Below, in pieces: positions 11,982 through 24,379 of a DNA stretch of 64,000 nt (positions within the stretch are counted from its first letter, which is position 1; each line of letters opens with the position of its first letter). The DNA comes from Lophium mytilinum. Its lineage: Eukaryota. Location of the stretch: assembly GCA_010093605.1 (NCBI GenBank), contig MU004200.1, positions 186,001-250,000 of the forward strand, given 5' to 3'. Position numbers and translations under genes: made by a program. Below the pieces are notes generated by a model that was given only the letters and a program-made list of their open reading frames with translations, was not told where the DNA came from and ran no database searches.

Positions 11982-14580
11982 TCACCACTCCAACCCCATT
12001 CCCCCATCCCTCTCACTCACCCTAACCAGCTCCCCCCTCCTAACTCCCGCCCCACCAAAGCCCTCATAGCTCCCCAAGCTTGGCGGCAAATCTTCCACCC
12101 TCGTCCCCCACTTACTCTCATTCCGCCCGAGCGTCAGCACGAGCTCCTTTCCCCTCCGTAAAGAACGAGTGATCCACCCAATTCTTGGTATACACCTCTC
12201 CATCTAGCATCGCGCTCTGCACAAACACCGCCGCATAACTCGGATCGAAGTTCAGGTTCCGAATCGTAGCGGTCTTATTAGTGAGTGGGGACGTGACACT
12301 GACCGACTCGAAGAATGGCGGCGTAATGAGGTACACGTCCTGCCCGGGGTTCGGAAACAGCCCCATCATCGCCCATGCCACGAAGGACCCCATAGCGCCG
12401 CTGTCGTCGTTGCCGGGGAGGCCGGCTGCGGTGGGGGAGAAGAACGCGGGGATGTACGAGTGGACGCGGCGGGCGGAGAGGGCGGGGCGGCCAGCATAGT
12501 GGTACTGGAAGACGGTGAGGAAGGCAGGTTCGTTGCCGATATAAGTGATGTTCTGGTTGTGGAGGTAGTCGAGACGGCGAACGAAAGCGGCAGGCCCGCT
12601 GAACGTGTAAATAAGAGTGGCTTGGTCGTGGGGGACGAAGAAAGAATACTCCCATATACTGCTTTCGAAGGTCTCTCCAGCGGTGTTTTGAAGCGAGCAG
12701 ATGCTATTGGGATCGAGGTCGGTGTTGCTGCATTTCAGGGGGTCTTGGTAGCCCCAGGTGCCGTTAAGGTATTTCGGCTGGAAGAAGCCGACGAAGCCAG
12801 TGTTGACGCCGTTGGGCTTGAAAGAAGTTTGGTCGGGCTTGAAGAGATTCTTCCAGTTGGAGCTGCGCGCTTCGTACTTCTCGACGTCGGCAGTTTTGTT
12901 GAGGCCGGCGGCGATTTGAGAGATGACGAAGTCGTTATAGCTGTATTCGAGGGTGCGGGATATAGAGCGGGTCATAGTGCCAAAGCCCTTGTAGTCAAAG
13001 TCTTGGACAGGTATGTAACCTAGTGCTTTCCAGCTATCGAGTCCGCCACGACCTTCATTGGACCAATCGTATGGCTCTACCTCCGCGTCTTTTACGACAG
13101 CTGCGTAGCCAGTATCCCAATCGATACTGTCCTTGAGGCCTTTGATGAAAGCATCCGCAAGAACCACATCTGCGTTCGAACCGCCCTGGGTGAACCCCTT
13201 GCACAGCGACATGCGGCAATCAGGGAGCCACCCGAGGTGGGTGTAGGTGTCGATCAATGAACGAATCATTCGAGTGACGCTTTCAGGGTCCAAAATGGTC
13301 AGGAATGGAATCTGGGACCGGAAAGAATCCCAAAGACTGCAAAACGATCAGTAAACATTCAAGTAAAAGGGCTGGTAGTACAAACCAGTAGAACGAATCG
13401 AAATACGGTTCATCACTCTGCCACAGAGGATTCTCGCCAGTGTAGTCTTGCGGATTGACCATAGTCCTATAGATCCCGCTATAGAAATTTGTGAGAAGTG
13501 AAGCGCTCACACCCGTGGTAGAGACCTTGACGGGGCTTAGTTTGCTCCTCCAAGCGTCAACTGCACCTTTTTGCGTAGTTTCGAAATCAAACTCGGGGAT
13601 TTCGGCCTCAGCATGACTACAAGCTCGATCACTACTAACCAAGCTCACACCCAGTCGAGCAAGAATGGGCTCACTTCCAGAATCGAAACGGATGAAGCCT
13701 CCCCCGGGAAGAGGGAAGCCGTTGATACCACGAGAGATCTTCAGGTCTTTGACATCCGCACTCGCACGGCTGTTGGCAAAGATACCACTATCCCGAATAT
13801 TTGCGCCATGAAAGTCAGCGCAGAAGTAGGCCACAAAGTTACCGGATCCAAAGCTAGGCAAAAATCGAGCACTGCCAGTCATCCTGCCGGAAGGTCCATC
13901 GACATGGATGGTGGCATTGTCTTGACGAGAGTTCGCTAAATCCGTCAAATCTAAGAGTACCAAAGGCGATCCATTGGAGCTGTCGGAGAATTTGAATCGA
14001 AATAGCGAGGTATGATGCGCGGCAGTCATGTCAACGGTGACCCCGCTAGACAACTGAATGCTGAAGTATCCGGGAGATGCCTTGACGGAATTGTTGACGT
14101 AGGAAACCTTTCTCGCGTTCTTGGGGTACGTGCAGCCATTGACATCGTCACCAGCGCAATTGGCATAGGGAAAGAATGCGAAGTTTCCCAATGATGGACT
14201 GCCGCCGGTGCCGCTGTCGTGCATGGAGGAGAAACCAGTGACTTTACCACCTTCTGACGTGAAACCGCCTTGGTTGCTGTCTGAATCGACATCTGCGACA
14301 GCTTTGGCCATTCCTTGACACACTTAGTATACTATATGCGCTCGATGAGTGTTGGCATTACCGTATGGCATCGTAGCGCCGGCAAATACATTTCCTGTCG
14401 TCCAAGTTAGTGAACTAGGAGGAGGGAAGTGAGAGAAATATGCTTGCCTCCATTGGCGCTTCCGATCAGCTGGTTAACGTACTGCAGTGGGTCGTAGGTT
14501 GAATTAGTGACATTCTGAGCACATGCAATAGCAGCAACGAAGACAAAGACGAACAAAAAAGATGATCGTAGGGGATCCAT
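11982..14580 (-). CDS. Secreted GH92 alpha-1,2-mannosidase (apparent +1 frame break at ~12148)
   Basis: Signal peptide MDPLRSSFLFVFVFVAAIACA; GNVFAGATMPYG, MHDSGTGG, TQGGSNAD, SRTLEYSYND, GNEP, LPGNDDSGAM. The natural C-terminus ELVLTLG...WGT...PPS lies in ORF 11982..12203. Confidence 0.93.
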
Positions 14581-17317
14581 GTTGTCGGTGCGAAAGAAGA
14601 GAACGAGACAGAGCTTAGCGGAAATGATAGAAACTGCTCAGAGGTACAGTGGTGAATTTGTACCGTAACAGGGTACTGCAGGTACCACAGCATCCGAGCA
14701 TAGGCGTACGGCTTGCGGGGGATCTATCACCAAGATCTCTAAGAACCCCCTCTCGCCGTTTTTGAGGTTGCATGCTGAATTCTGGAAAGGAAGGTGGGAC
14801 TGCCATGATCGCATTTTTACCCATCCTTCTTGCTAGATTACGCTCCCGCCGCTGGATCCTTCCCACAGTCCCGCAATCAAATTAGATGACCAGGATTTCT
14901 CAGGTGAGCATGCCAGGGGTTTAGATACTGCTTGGAATCCATGCGATTGCTGATCGTCATGGAAGTACCTGGGTAGGGGGTCACGCCGCAACACTTGCAT
15001 GGTTGGCTATGCGTCTACCGGCCGGGGCGGATTTTCAGAGGGATGACTTGAGCGCGCGACGAACGACTCTGGAGGTCAGGAGCACAGCATGGGTTAGTTA
15101 TGGCCATGTGGTCAACATCAGCATGATAGGACGACTAGAAGAGTCTACGGTGGCATGGTGGTTGCAGGTAGGATAGATTAGACGTCGCGACAAGATCGGT
15201 TGCTCGGGTGTGGCGCCGCCAAGTGCGACATTCCCCAGTTCGGTGTCCTACTACTGTAGCTAAGCAATCCTGCATTAAATCCTAGGGTTATATGGCACAC
15301 ATGCAGTGGGTAGGGTGTCAGCGTAGGTTCAGTATCTATGTGTTTCATTGTTATTTTTGAAGCAGGCCACAAGCAAACGGCCGCTATCGAAGCCTGTCGA
15401 AACCCGACGCCCTCATCTGCTATCGTACTTTGTACACGTGGTATAATGGAAAGAAAAACCCGTATAGTCCCTCTAAGCAACCTGGGGTCATATGCAGCGC
15501 CAAAACGAAAGACAAAGTGGGCAAATGAAGCCCTGGAGAAAGGTGGGACGGAGAGTATAGCGTAGAGTAGGAACCGAGGCGACTTCCATGACGCATAGAG
15601 ATTCAAATAGCATGGCCACGAAGTTCGGTTTCAAGATAAAGATTCAGTGTGCTGCCAAGTTCCGGGCAGATGTGGTTCGGCTTCTCTTTGAGATGTCCAT
15701 ATTGGATCGCGAGCGGTACCAAGATGGATGATATCTTTAGCGATGTTAGTTAATTCTCGACTGCAGTTGTCTGAGCGCAACTCACTTCTCGTTGGCTTCT
15801 GATGAGTCAAGCTGTCATTGGCTACCAATGTCGCAAGAGGGAAGGGAGGACCACAGCCTAGTTGCGCAAGCTCCGCAAAAGACTTCGATGTTGCTGTTGA
15901 CGTAGTGGACGGTAGGAATTGACTTGTGGACTTCTGCCAGGTGCTTCAGGATGCTTGAGGCAGAAGTGCTTTGGCCGTGGCCCTTGTTGTTCTCATTTGG
16001 GCCGGCCATCTCACACTGCGTCGATCTAGTAGTCGGAGAGGGTATAGTACATGGATGCGTAGATGATCGATAGGAGGACATGGAGCATGAAAACGAAAAA
16101 GTAGTCTCCTTTGAGCTGCACAGCGGCCATTTTGGAATCGTTGAGGAGTCTGAAGACTGGTTGAAAAGGTTGAAAAGAATTGAAGAACAAGTTTTCGCGG
16201 TTCACAGAACTTGATGACCTTGTTAATGAGGATTTAGGCGTTGTTGCAGCCGTTGTACTTTATAGACTTGCTTCAGTGACACGATGTTCCGAAGATCGGG
16301 TCTGCTTGGATTAAAGCACCGATGGTGGGTGTAATTCCGGAAAGAGAACTGCTGCAGGACAGCGATATTCAGCCACTCACGGGTCATAAAGGCTGTGTCC
16401 GTCTGACAGGAACTCGGGCGCTAAGTCCACCTTATGGACTCTGTACGATGACGGAGCGGTGCAGAGATCTGCGAGGCTTTGGTAAAGCTTGGCAAGACTT
16501 GCCATAGGATTGATACAGTCTTGTTCAATATTGATACGTCGAACCGGAGTATGCCTTAAACAGGGGCTTGGCGTGGGCACAATCTTCCTCATTTAGCTAT
16601 CAAAGTAGTGAACATATTAACCTCAATGCTATATGCTACGAGAAGAGCTTCAGCCTTGCGCATACTACCATATCTTGTGTCCGTGGTGCACTACTGGGGC
16701 CGAGCAACTCGGTCCTTACCTGCAGCCTGTCGGTATGAATTCAGACGTGATGTCATGACCGCGATGATCTCGATGGCTAAACGTAGCAGCTTCCGATAAG
16801 CTTCGGAATGTCTTTGTAAGAAGGTAGTCTGTGTGCCTGCACAGTTTCAGATCCAAAGCAGGCAAGTCGAGTACAGCAATTGCGCTTTCACGCATTGAAC
16901 GGCCCGTTACTGGTTGAATGCGATCTGATTAGCTAGAGCCTTTATTGGTGGGATGTTCACGTCGTTTCACGGAGTCCGGTCGCTCAGATCCTGTGTTTCT
17001 GGGCGACCAAGTCCGAGATCGACAACCATGATACGGATTAATGATTGTCCCGAATAGCATCGGATTCTTGTTCGTTAGCCATCTTACACGAGCGTATGAC
17101 ATGGGAATCAGTCGTAGCGGGAGCAGTGATGCGCTCGAAGTGTTGATGGTGGGAAGAACGGCGAGGAGCCTGGGAGATGTCACAAGGATATCAGGGGCTA
17201 GCCTTACGCTTGGCTCAGATTGGACTAGTTCAATCATCTCCCCTTCATCGAAACTACCACTTTAATATCCTGCTACATAATCTGACGATTCAAGCTGTGT
17301 CATAAAATAGTACCCTT

Positions 17318-18740
17318 CTACTCTTCGTCTGACACACACTCGACCCCAATATCTCCGCTAATATTATTGCAGACAATTACCGGTGGTCCTCCGGCCGGAC
17401 TCGTGATATCAATGTCCTCCAAATGAATCCCCTCGCACGTCGCACCAGGACTACAAGTCAAATCCGCGACTACTCTCCCCTCCAGACCCGAGCTAGTCCC
17501 ATGGACATTGATAAATCTCACATCCGAGATGTTGACGTTGCTCGGGTACTGCGCACACGCCGTTTCGTTGATATTGAAGTAGCACTGATCCAGCACGATG
17601 GGATGGTCCGTGTTTTCGACATGGACGTCTTTGTATGTTATGTTGGTGATGTAGCCGTACCCGACATTCTCTCCGGCCCATGCTTTGAGCCGTGCGCCGT
17701 TTTGACCGTTCAGGAGCGTGATGTTCTCGAGCCAAGCGTTGGAAATGAAATCGAGCACGCCCGGGTACTGGCCAATGGAGCCCATGCTCACTCCATGTGT
17801 GCCGTTGCACCAGAGATTCTTGACGAGTATGTTGGTGGTGTTGGGTTTTGGGGAGAAGCAGTCGTCGCCGACGTTGACTTCAGTATTGGTAACGGTCAAC
17901 CCGTCGACGTTGAGTGAGTCAAAGCCGTCGGTGTTTGCAGGGCGGGACTACTAGAGATGAGCAATAACATCGTAGAGAGAGCTAGTTTATCGCTTACCGA
18001 AACGTTAGTAGAGACAGCATCAAATCGACAATGATCAAACGTAATATCTTTCGTTCTTACGAGAAACGTGTTCCAGCAAGGGGAGTTCAAAAACTTAATC
18101 CCCTCCACTTCGACATTCGTAGCATTATCTGTGAGGAAGAGGATCGGGCGAAGGAACGTATTTCCTGGATCGAGAATCTGCTTGCCGGCGAAAGCGTCAT
18201 ACCAAGCCTGTCCGTTCCCATTCAGCGTACCGCTACCGTAGAGCTTGATATTTTTCCCGCCCCAAACCCAGAAAGTAATGGATTTCTGAAAGGGGTAGTA
18301 GAAATAGTCGGATTGCCAATAGGTGATGTTGTTGGTGAACTGTCGAATAGGTAAGCATCACTCAAGTCGTAGGAAGTATAGTCAATTACCTTGATTTCTC
18401 CGTCTAGCTTCACATAGATGTCGTTCAGCCAACTCAAATCCAACTTCTTTCCAATCACGTATGTTTTTCCCTTCTCCAGATGGAACAAGCCGCCTTTATT
18501 GGCCCTCCGCATTGCCCAGAGGAAGTCATCCGCAACATCGTCGGTGTCATTCTTGCTTGCTCTGATCGTGACTGCGCGTCTCTGCGACTCGAGACCGTTG
18601 CCCCATTTGTCTTTTGCCCATCGCTTGTTTAAGGAGGGACTGGGAGCTTCAACGACCGATGCGCCAGCTGGAATAAGCCTCTCGATGGATACTGCCGAAG
18701 AGAGGAATGCAAATGCGAAAACAATGATAAGGAGTTTCAT
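17318..18740 (-). CDS. Secreted GH28 exo-polygalacturonase-type enzyme
   Basis: Signal peptide MKLLIIVFAFAFLSSA; GH28 motifs NTDG, GDD, G.HG, RLK; introns ~18340-18389 and ~17948-17997. Confidence 0.92.
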
Positions 18741-20132
18741 CTCGAGAAAGCGATGCAAGCAAATTAAGTTGACTTGAGAATTCTCCGCGCTCCTTTCGCT
18801 CGCTCAACGTTCACGACTCCTTTTAAGCACTCCAATATCTTGCACGTCGCTCAAAAGCATGACGAAGCACCCAGCATACCCATATATTTTCCGCACACAA
18901 ATCTCCAGGCGTCCAGTATCCAACCTGGTAGAAGAGACTAAATTACCTTTGCTAAGGTGCGAGATCGGCTCCGTTGATATTAAACCAGCAGTTCTATTGG
19001 CTAGCACCCGATTCCGGGGTAATTGTTCCTGGGGATGCGGGGAGGAAACGAGGGACCGTGAGGGCCAAGCGTTTTGGCCAGTGAAGTGATATTTCCGCCA
19101 ATGGGAGAAATGTTCCTGGCAGTAACATCGGCTTGTCTAGTATTGCTAGCATTCACTGAAATCTCGGACTCCCCATCTTCGAGCTCTCCTGTCACTGCTG
19201 CTAACAGATTTTCAGAGTTGTGGTCAGTAACGAGGCGAATCCATGGATATTGTGAGATGTCTTCAAGGTCATTGGTCCTACCTGGGCAGCTACTGTTAAT
19301 CTCCCAGAGGTCTGTTGCGTGGTAATCGTTGCACTTTACGCATCTGTACTCCACGGTCTTCGATTTGCCAAGTGTTTTCAATTTAGGGGATGAAAAATTA
19401 AAGATATCCAAATCGAGAGAAAATGATGAAGACTTTTTATTTTCTTCTGGTGTCGAAGGCTCGCGGGATATGCACACTTGCAATCAACCCCAGGAGCTAC
19501 ACTCAAGATTTGAATTCGCACTTAGAACTTTATCAGTAGTCATTGAACCAAGAGCTTCCAAGATTGATTGAGAGGCTTTGGAAGCGTAGCTTGTTGTTGC
19601 AATGAAGTAATCGACCGAGCTGCGGCGTCTTCGGTCTGATTGAGGAGCACCCAACAACGAGCCGATATTCTGCATGTAGACTGCCCTCAGCTTGGGAAAG
19701 TTCAAAAAGTATAAAACAGCATAAGCTGTTGCGAAAGATGCTAGCTGTGGGTTGTGTTTGCTAAAATTATAGAGGCCCTTTGGTTCATTACTTGATTTTT
19801 CGACTCCTATTAAAAAGTAGAGCTACCGGAAATGACGGTCACCTAACCAGCATAGACAGAGTCTTTCGACACTGCAATGTATTGCTCTAAGTGCACTTTT
19901 GAGGACTAGAGCTGAGGACCATGGTATGTGATAGAGGAAGGTGTAAAGTCAGTGCAGGTGCTACAAAGTAACTCAACTGGTGGAGTGGAGATAAAGGGTA
20001 TGTCCGAACCGGCTCGTTGCCGAACGAATGGACTTATCCGCGCTAGACGCGTGTGGAGTAATCATCACTTGTCCAAAGCACGTTCTCTCAACCTTCAACC
20101 TTACTTTTCGGAGCACATAATTCAAAGCCACA

Positions 20133-22495
20133 ATGAGCGGCTCTCACTCCAGCTCTACCGGCAACAACTATACGAACGAGCAAGAGGATCCTCGAGTCGC
20201 AGTTTACGATCCGCACGCTGCGGATTGGGAGGACTCGGAGGAAGATGACGACATGAACTATGTGTATGCCCCGCAAGGTAGCGACGACGAGGATGATGAG
20301 GATGATGAGGATGATGGAGACTACCATGGTACGACCCCCGCCCCGGAAGATGTCATGGAGTCGTATTATTGGAAATATGTACATTGGTAGCTAATCAGTC
20401 TATCACAGATGCGCCCGAGGATCTTAGCGGTGTCGAGATAGAGTTCGAGATAACAGAAACGGAGGAGCATGAGGAAGAGGTCGACGATGATGAGGCTGAA
20501 GATGAGGACGGGGCACCAGCGGTCGGAGCTGGACTGCCACGGCCAATAACCAGTACGAGCTTTATTGAGTAGCCATCAGCTAGCTACTCTGGCTAATAGC
20601 GATGCAGTCACACAGGAACAATTAATGCGATTACTGGGCCACGCCGGTCTAAATCGACTTCTCGCCAGAGGCCACTCCTCTCGCATTCGCCAGTTTGCGG
20701 GGATAGAAGATGAAGATGAAGACAGTGAACCTGATACTGGATATGGAGGGGTAAATCCGCGGTCGAGGCGGGGTCGCGGGAGGAAAGCATTTCAGAAGGT
20801 TCCGAGCGATGAAGGCAGGGCACTTATGGAGTCAGGGAACTTTGGATCAAATCCTCGTAGGGAGGACACAATCACACGAAAGAAGAAACTGCAGTACCGG
20901 ATCATGCGAAGAGAACTGGGCCTTGGAAGCACCGGCCGACAGAGCAACAGCAACCATCAGATGAGCCAAGGCTTAATACCATCCTCAAAAGCCGATACAA
21001 TCATAAATTATAATGCGCGTTGCTACTCTGGCCAGTTTTCTAATGACGGAAACTTCTTCTTCTCCTGCGCTCAGGACTTCAGGGTGCGGATGTACGACAC
21101 TTCGAACCCTTATGACTGGAAGTATTACAAAGTGAGAGAAAACAAATTTCCACCCCAATACATGGACTAACCTAGTTATCTAGACCGTTGTATATCCTTA
21201 CGGCCAATGGACCATCACTGATGCCTCACTGAGCCCGGACAACCAATTCCTAGCCTATAGCTCTATCCGAAGCGTAGTGTGTTTAGCTGCGACCGATCCA
21301 AATCAGGAATCCGAACCAACACTTCTAGATTTCGCAAATTTGAGCACTCGTCAAAGAGGTGGATGGAGAGCCCACGGTTTCTTCGGGGTAACTCTCCACA
21401 CTTCCAGATACTTTCACTTAACGCTGACACGTTGATAGATTTGGTCAATACGATTTTCAGGCGATGGCCGAGAAATCGTGGCAGGGACAGGCGATAGTTC
21501 TGTCTACGTTTACGACATAGAGCGACAGCAGTCAATCCTCCGCATCCCTGGACATTCCGAGGATGTTAACGCTGTATGTTTTGGTGATTCTCAATCACCT
21601 CACATATTGTATTCTGGCTCGGACGACACTACGCTCAAAGTATGGGACCGAAGAAGCATGGGCGACGGACGGGAAGCAGGTGTTTTCCTCGGACACACCG
21701 AAGGCTTGACATACGTCGATAGTAAAGGCGATGGAAGATACGTTCTCAGCAACGCTAAAGACCAGACAGCAAAGCTATGGGACCTCCGGAAGATGCTGAG
21801 CAAGGAAAAGGCGGATCAGATTGACCCCGGTGCCTATACCACTAACTTCGAATACCGGACCAATGCTTACGATGACAATGACTACCGACCGCATCCACAC
21901 GACTGCTCATTGGTAACGTTCCGAGGCCACAAAGTGCTGAAGACTCTCATTCGGTGCCATTTCTCGCCGCCTGGTAGCACAGACTCGCGATACGTCTATT
22001 CTGGGAGTTACGACGGCTCAGTATACGTCTGGAACCTCGACGCGACTTTGGCTGGAAAGGTAGACGTCCTTGCCGCGACTCGAAACTCACGGCCAAGAGA
22101 TCCCGGTCTTCTCGCAGAAACATATGATTTCATTGGCAGGAATGGAGGAGCGTGGCAAACCTGCGTCAGAGATGCTAGTTGGCATCCTGATGCTCCAGTC
22201 ATTGCCGGTAAGTTACTTCATTACGTTGGCTTCTATTTATACTAAACTCCAACCTCTAGCAACCTCATGGAATGGCTGGGGCACTTCGAATGGCACGTGC
22301 ACAGTGCATTCCTGGAACGACGGTGTGGACGAAGACGAAGCCGAGCCTAAGATGGGCAAGAGAGTGAATGCGCAACTAGAGCATGATGACCGCTTCTACG
22401 CTGCCCCAACATATAGGAGCACGAGAGCACAACGAACGGTTATTATTAACGACAACGACGATGACGACGACGACCCTGACTGGTTCGGCGAGTAG
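20133..22495 (+). CDS. WD40 protein, DCAF11/WDR23 (LEC14B) family CUL4-DDB1 substrate receptor
   Basis: Acidic N-terminus; CYSGQFS.DGNFF, WTITDASLSPD, GH..DVNAVCF, WDRR (WDxR), KDQTAKLWDLRK, RGH.VLKTLIRCHFSP, CVRDASWHP; multi-exon. Confidence 0.93.
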
Positions 22496-22931
22496 CTGGT
22501 TCAACTCTGTATATGATCGGCTGTCTGCCTTTACGCAACGGCACCTACCGCGGTCCTCCACCCTCTTTCTGGGTCTGGACACACTCATAGCATTGCAGCG
22601 CTAGACTTTATGGGTAGACTTTGTGGAGGGCTGGATTATGCGATATATCACTCGCCGTAGATGCAATAGTACTCTGACATAGGTTTGCCGAAAAAATCCA
22701 TGTCAATTGAACTCCCGCTTGCCCAGTGGACCGTTTTTGAAATATGATACAGCGCCTCCCGCTATGGCCAAAACAACCATATGCCACCCCTTAGCGGCCA
22801 CTCGCCCAGGCCGAGCAAGCAAGTGTATGTCACAGCCATGCCCTGCCAGTTCAAGGTTCTGCCAGCCACAGATGACCAGGTATCGAACGTCGTCCACGCC
22901 TTCTCCTATCCCCTTAAACTTCGAAACTCCG

Positions 22932-23363
22932 CTATGAACCACCGACCAAGATATTGTTTACGGGAATGTGGACTGCGTGCAATTAGATACTGTGATTTAA
23001 TGGATTCGAACCCGATGTGGCGTACTGAGCTTAACGGCGTATCCGATGACGCCCATTACCACGAATCCAACACCGACGGCCTGGGAGATCTTCACTACAT
23101 GATGTCAGCACGGTGTTGATGCGATTGTGCTGCGAAGTGGTATACGAACAGAATTCGCGCTTGTCGGGCTTCGTGCAACGGTTCAAGAATTCTAGGGTGC
23201 TGTCAGTTCGGCGACTTCGAGTGTAGAGTACAAGCGGCGCAGGACGTACGCATTCCGTCTTTCACAAACTATGAGGATGTTAGCATGCAAAAGGCTGCTG
23301 GAGGCTTGTGTAGATGCGAACCTCCTGCGGCATATCCGCGAATTCCTTGAGTTGGTCGGACAT
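22932..23363 (-). CDS. SSS1: Sec61 translocon gamma subunit (5 short exons)
   Basis: Splicing four GT-AG introns gives MSDQLKEFADMPQEFVKDGMQFLNRCTKPDKREFLKISQAVGVGFVVMGVIGYAVKLIHIPVNNILVGGS*. Not in the ORF track. Confidence 0.96.
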
Positions 23364-24379
23364 CTTGGAGTGGTCGGGGATTGATGGATGTGAGAGGGGC
23401 TCTGCTGTTTTGTTCGTAGTGGAATATGTCGATGGATCCTAATAGCAGCTTGAGGTATGCGAGGAAGGAGTCGGAATCGAGGTGGCTGTTCTAGGTGACC
23501 CTTTTGGCAAGAGGCCACATTGGAGAGATGAATGGCGGCCCGGATAATCTTCGGCCCCTTCTCCGCGCCTTGGCGCGTTCCTCTCGCCTCAGCCTGAAGC
23601 TCTCCTCTTCCGTCTGGTCAACCTCCTATCCAGCTACTGCTCCCACCAGGTATCCCATCCATTGTCGCCCTCGCCTCTTTGGAGGTCGCACTAATTATCT
23701 AGGACTCGCGACCTACGCAGCCTGCAGAGTTTGGGATGATATAGCTGGACAAACGCGCTTAGGACACGGTCTGAGGGAGGGATCCATCGGCGAACACCAG
23801 CCTCGCGCTTTTGCCTCACTTTCTGTTGCTTCTCATCATCGCTGGCACTCCTGCTCTTTCTGCGCTGTAGCTTACAGCTGTTGTACCTGGCCATACGCTT
23901 CGCCTTCACTCATACCTGTACGGGGACGGCGGGCAAACCTGTCATGCTCAAGCCGCTTCATCTTTCCCAAACTTGTCATTTCCATCTTCCGCATCTGCCA
24001 GAGGCGATCGGACGTTTGAAGCTCTTCGCATTTACGCGAATTTCCAGGATTTGTCTTTGCTGCAGCCTTCTTGGGGAAGTGTACGTATCCGCTAGTCTTC
24101 CCTTTGCATGTACCATCCCTCGCAGAGCCTCCTGGAAACCCTACTTTGGCGGGTTGCGATAGGTAGTGCTTGGAGCCGGACTTGCGCGCCTCTTCTCTTC
24201 TTCTACTAGCTCGCTGATACTCTTCCCGGCATACAGACATGTACCTTCACTTGTAGCCTTTGGCCAAATCCAGTATCTACAAGCCAATCGGAAGAGACTG
24301 CCCTTATTTGCGCGTGTCTCTCCCTTCCAAACCTCACCTTTCGTACCTACCACACACATTTCTGACTGACTCCTTCACA

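Noticed and set aside
15631..16081. Minus-strand ORFs with an intron-like GTGAGT...ACTAAC...AAG segment
   Set aside because: No spliced frame gives a continuous, recognisable protein.
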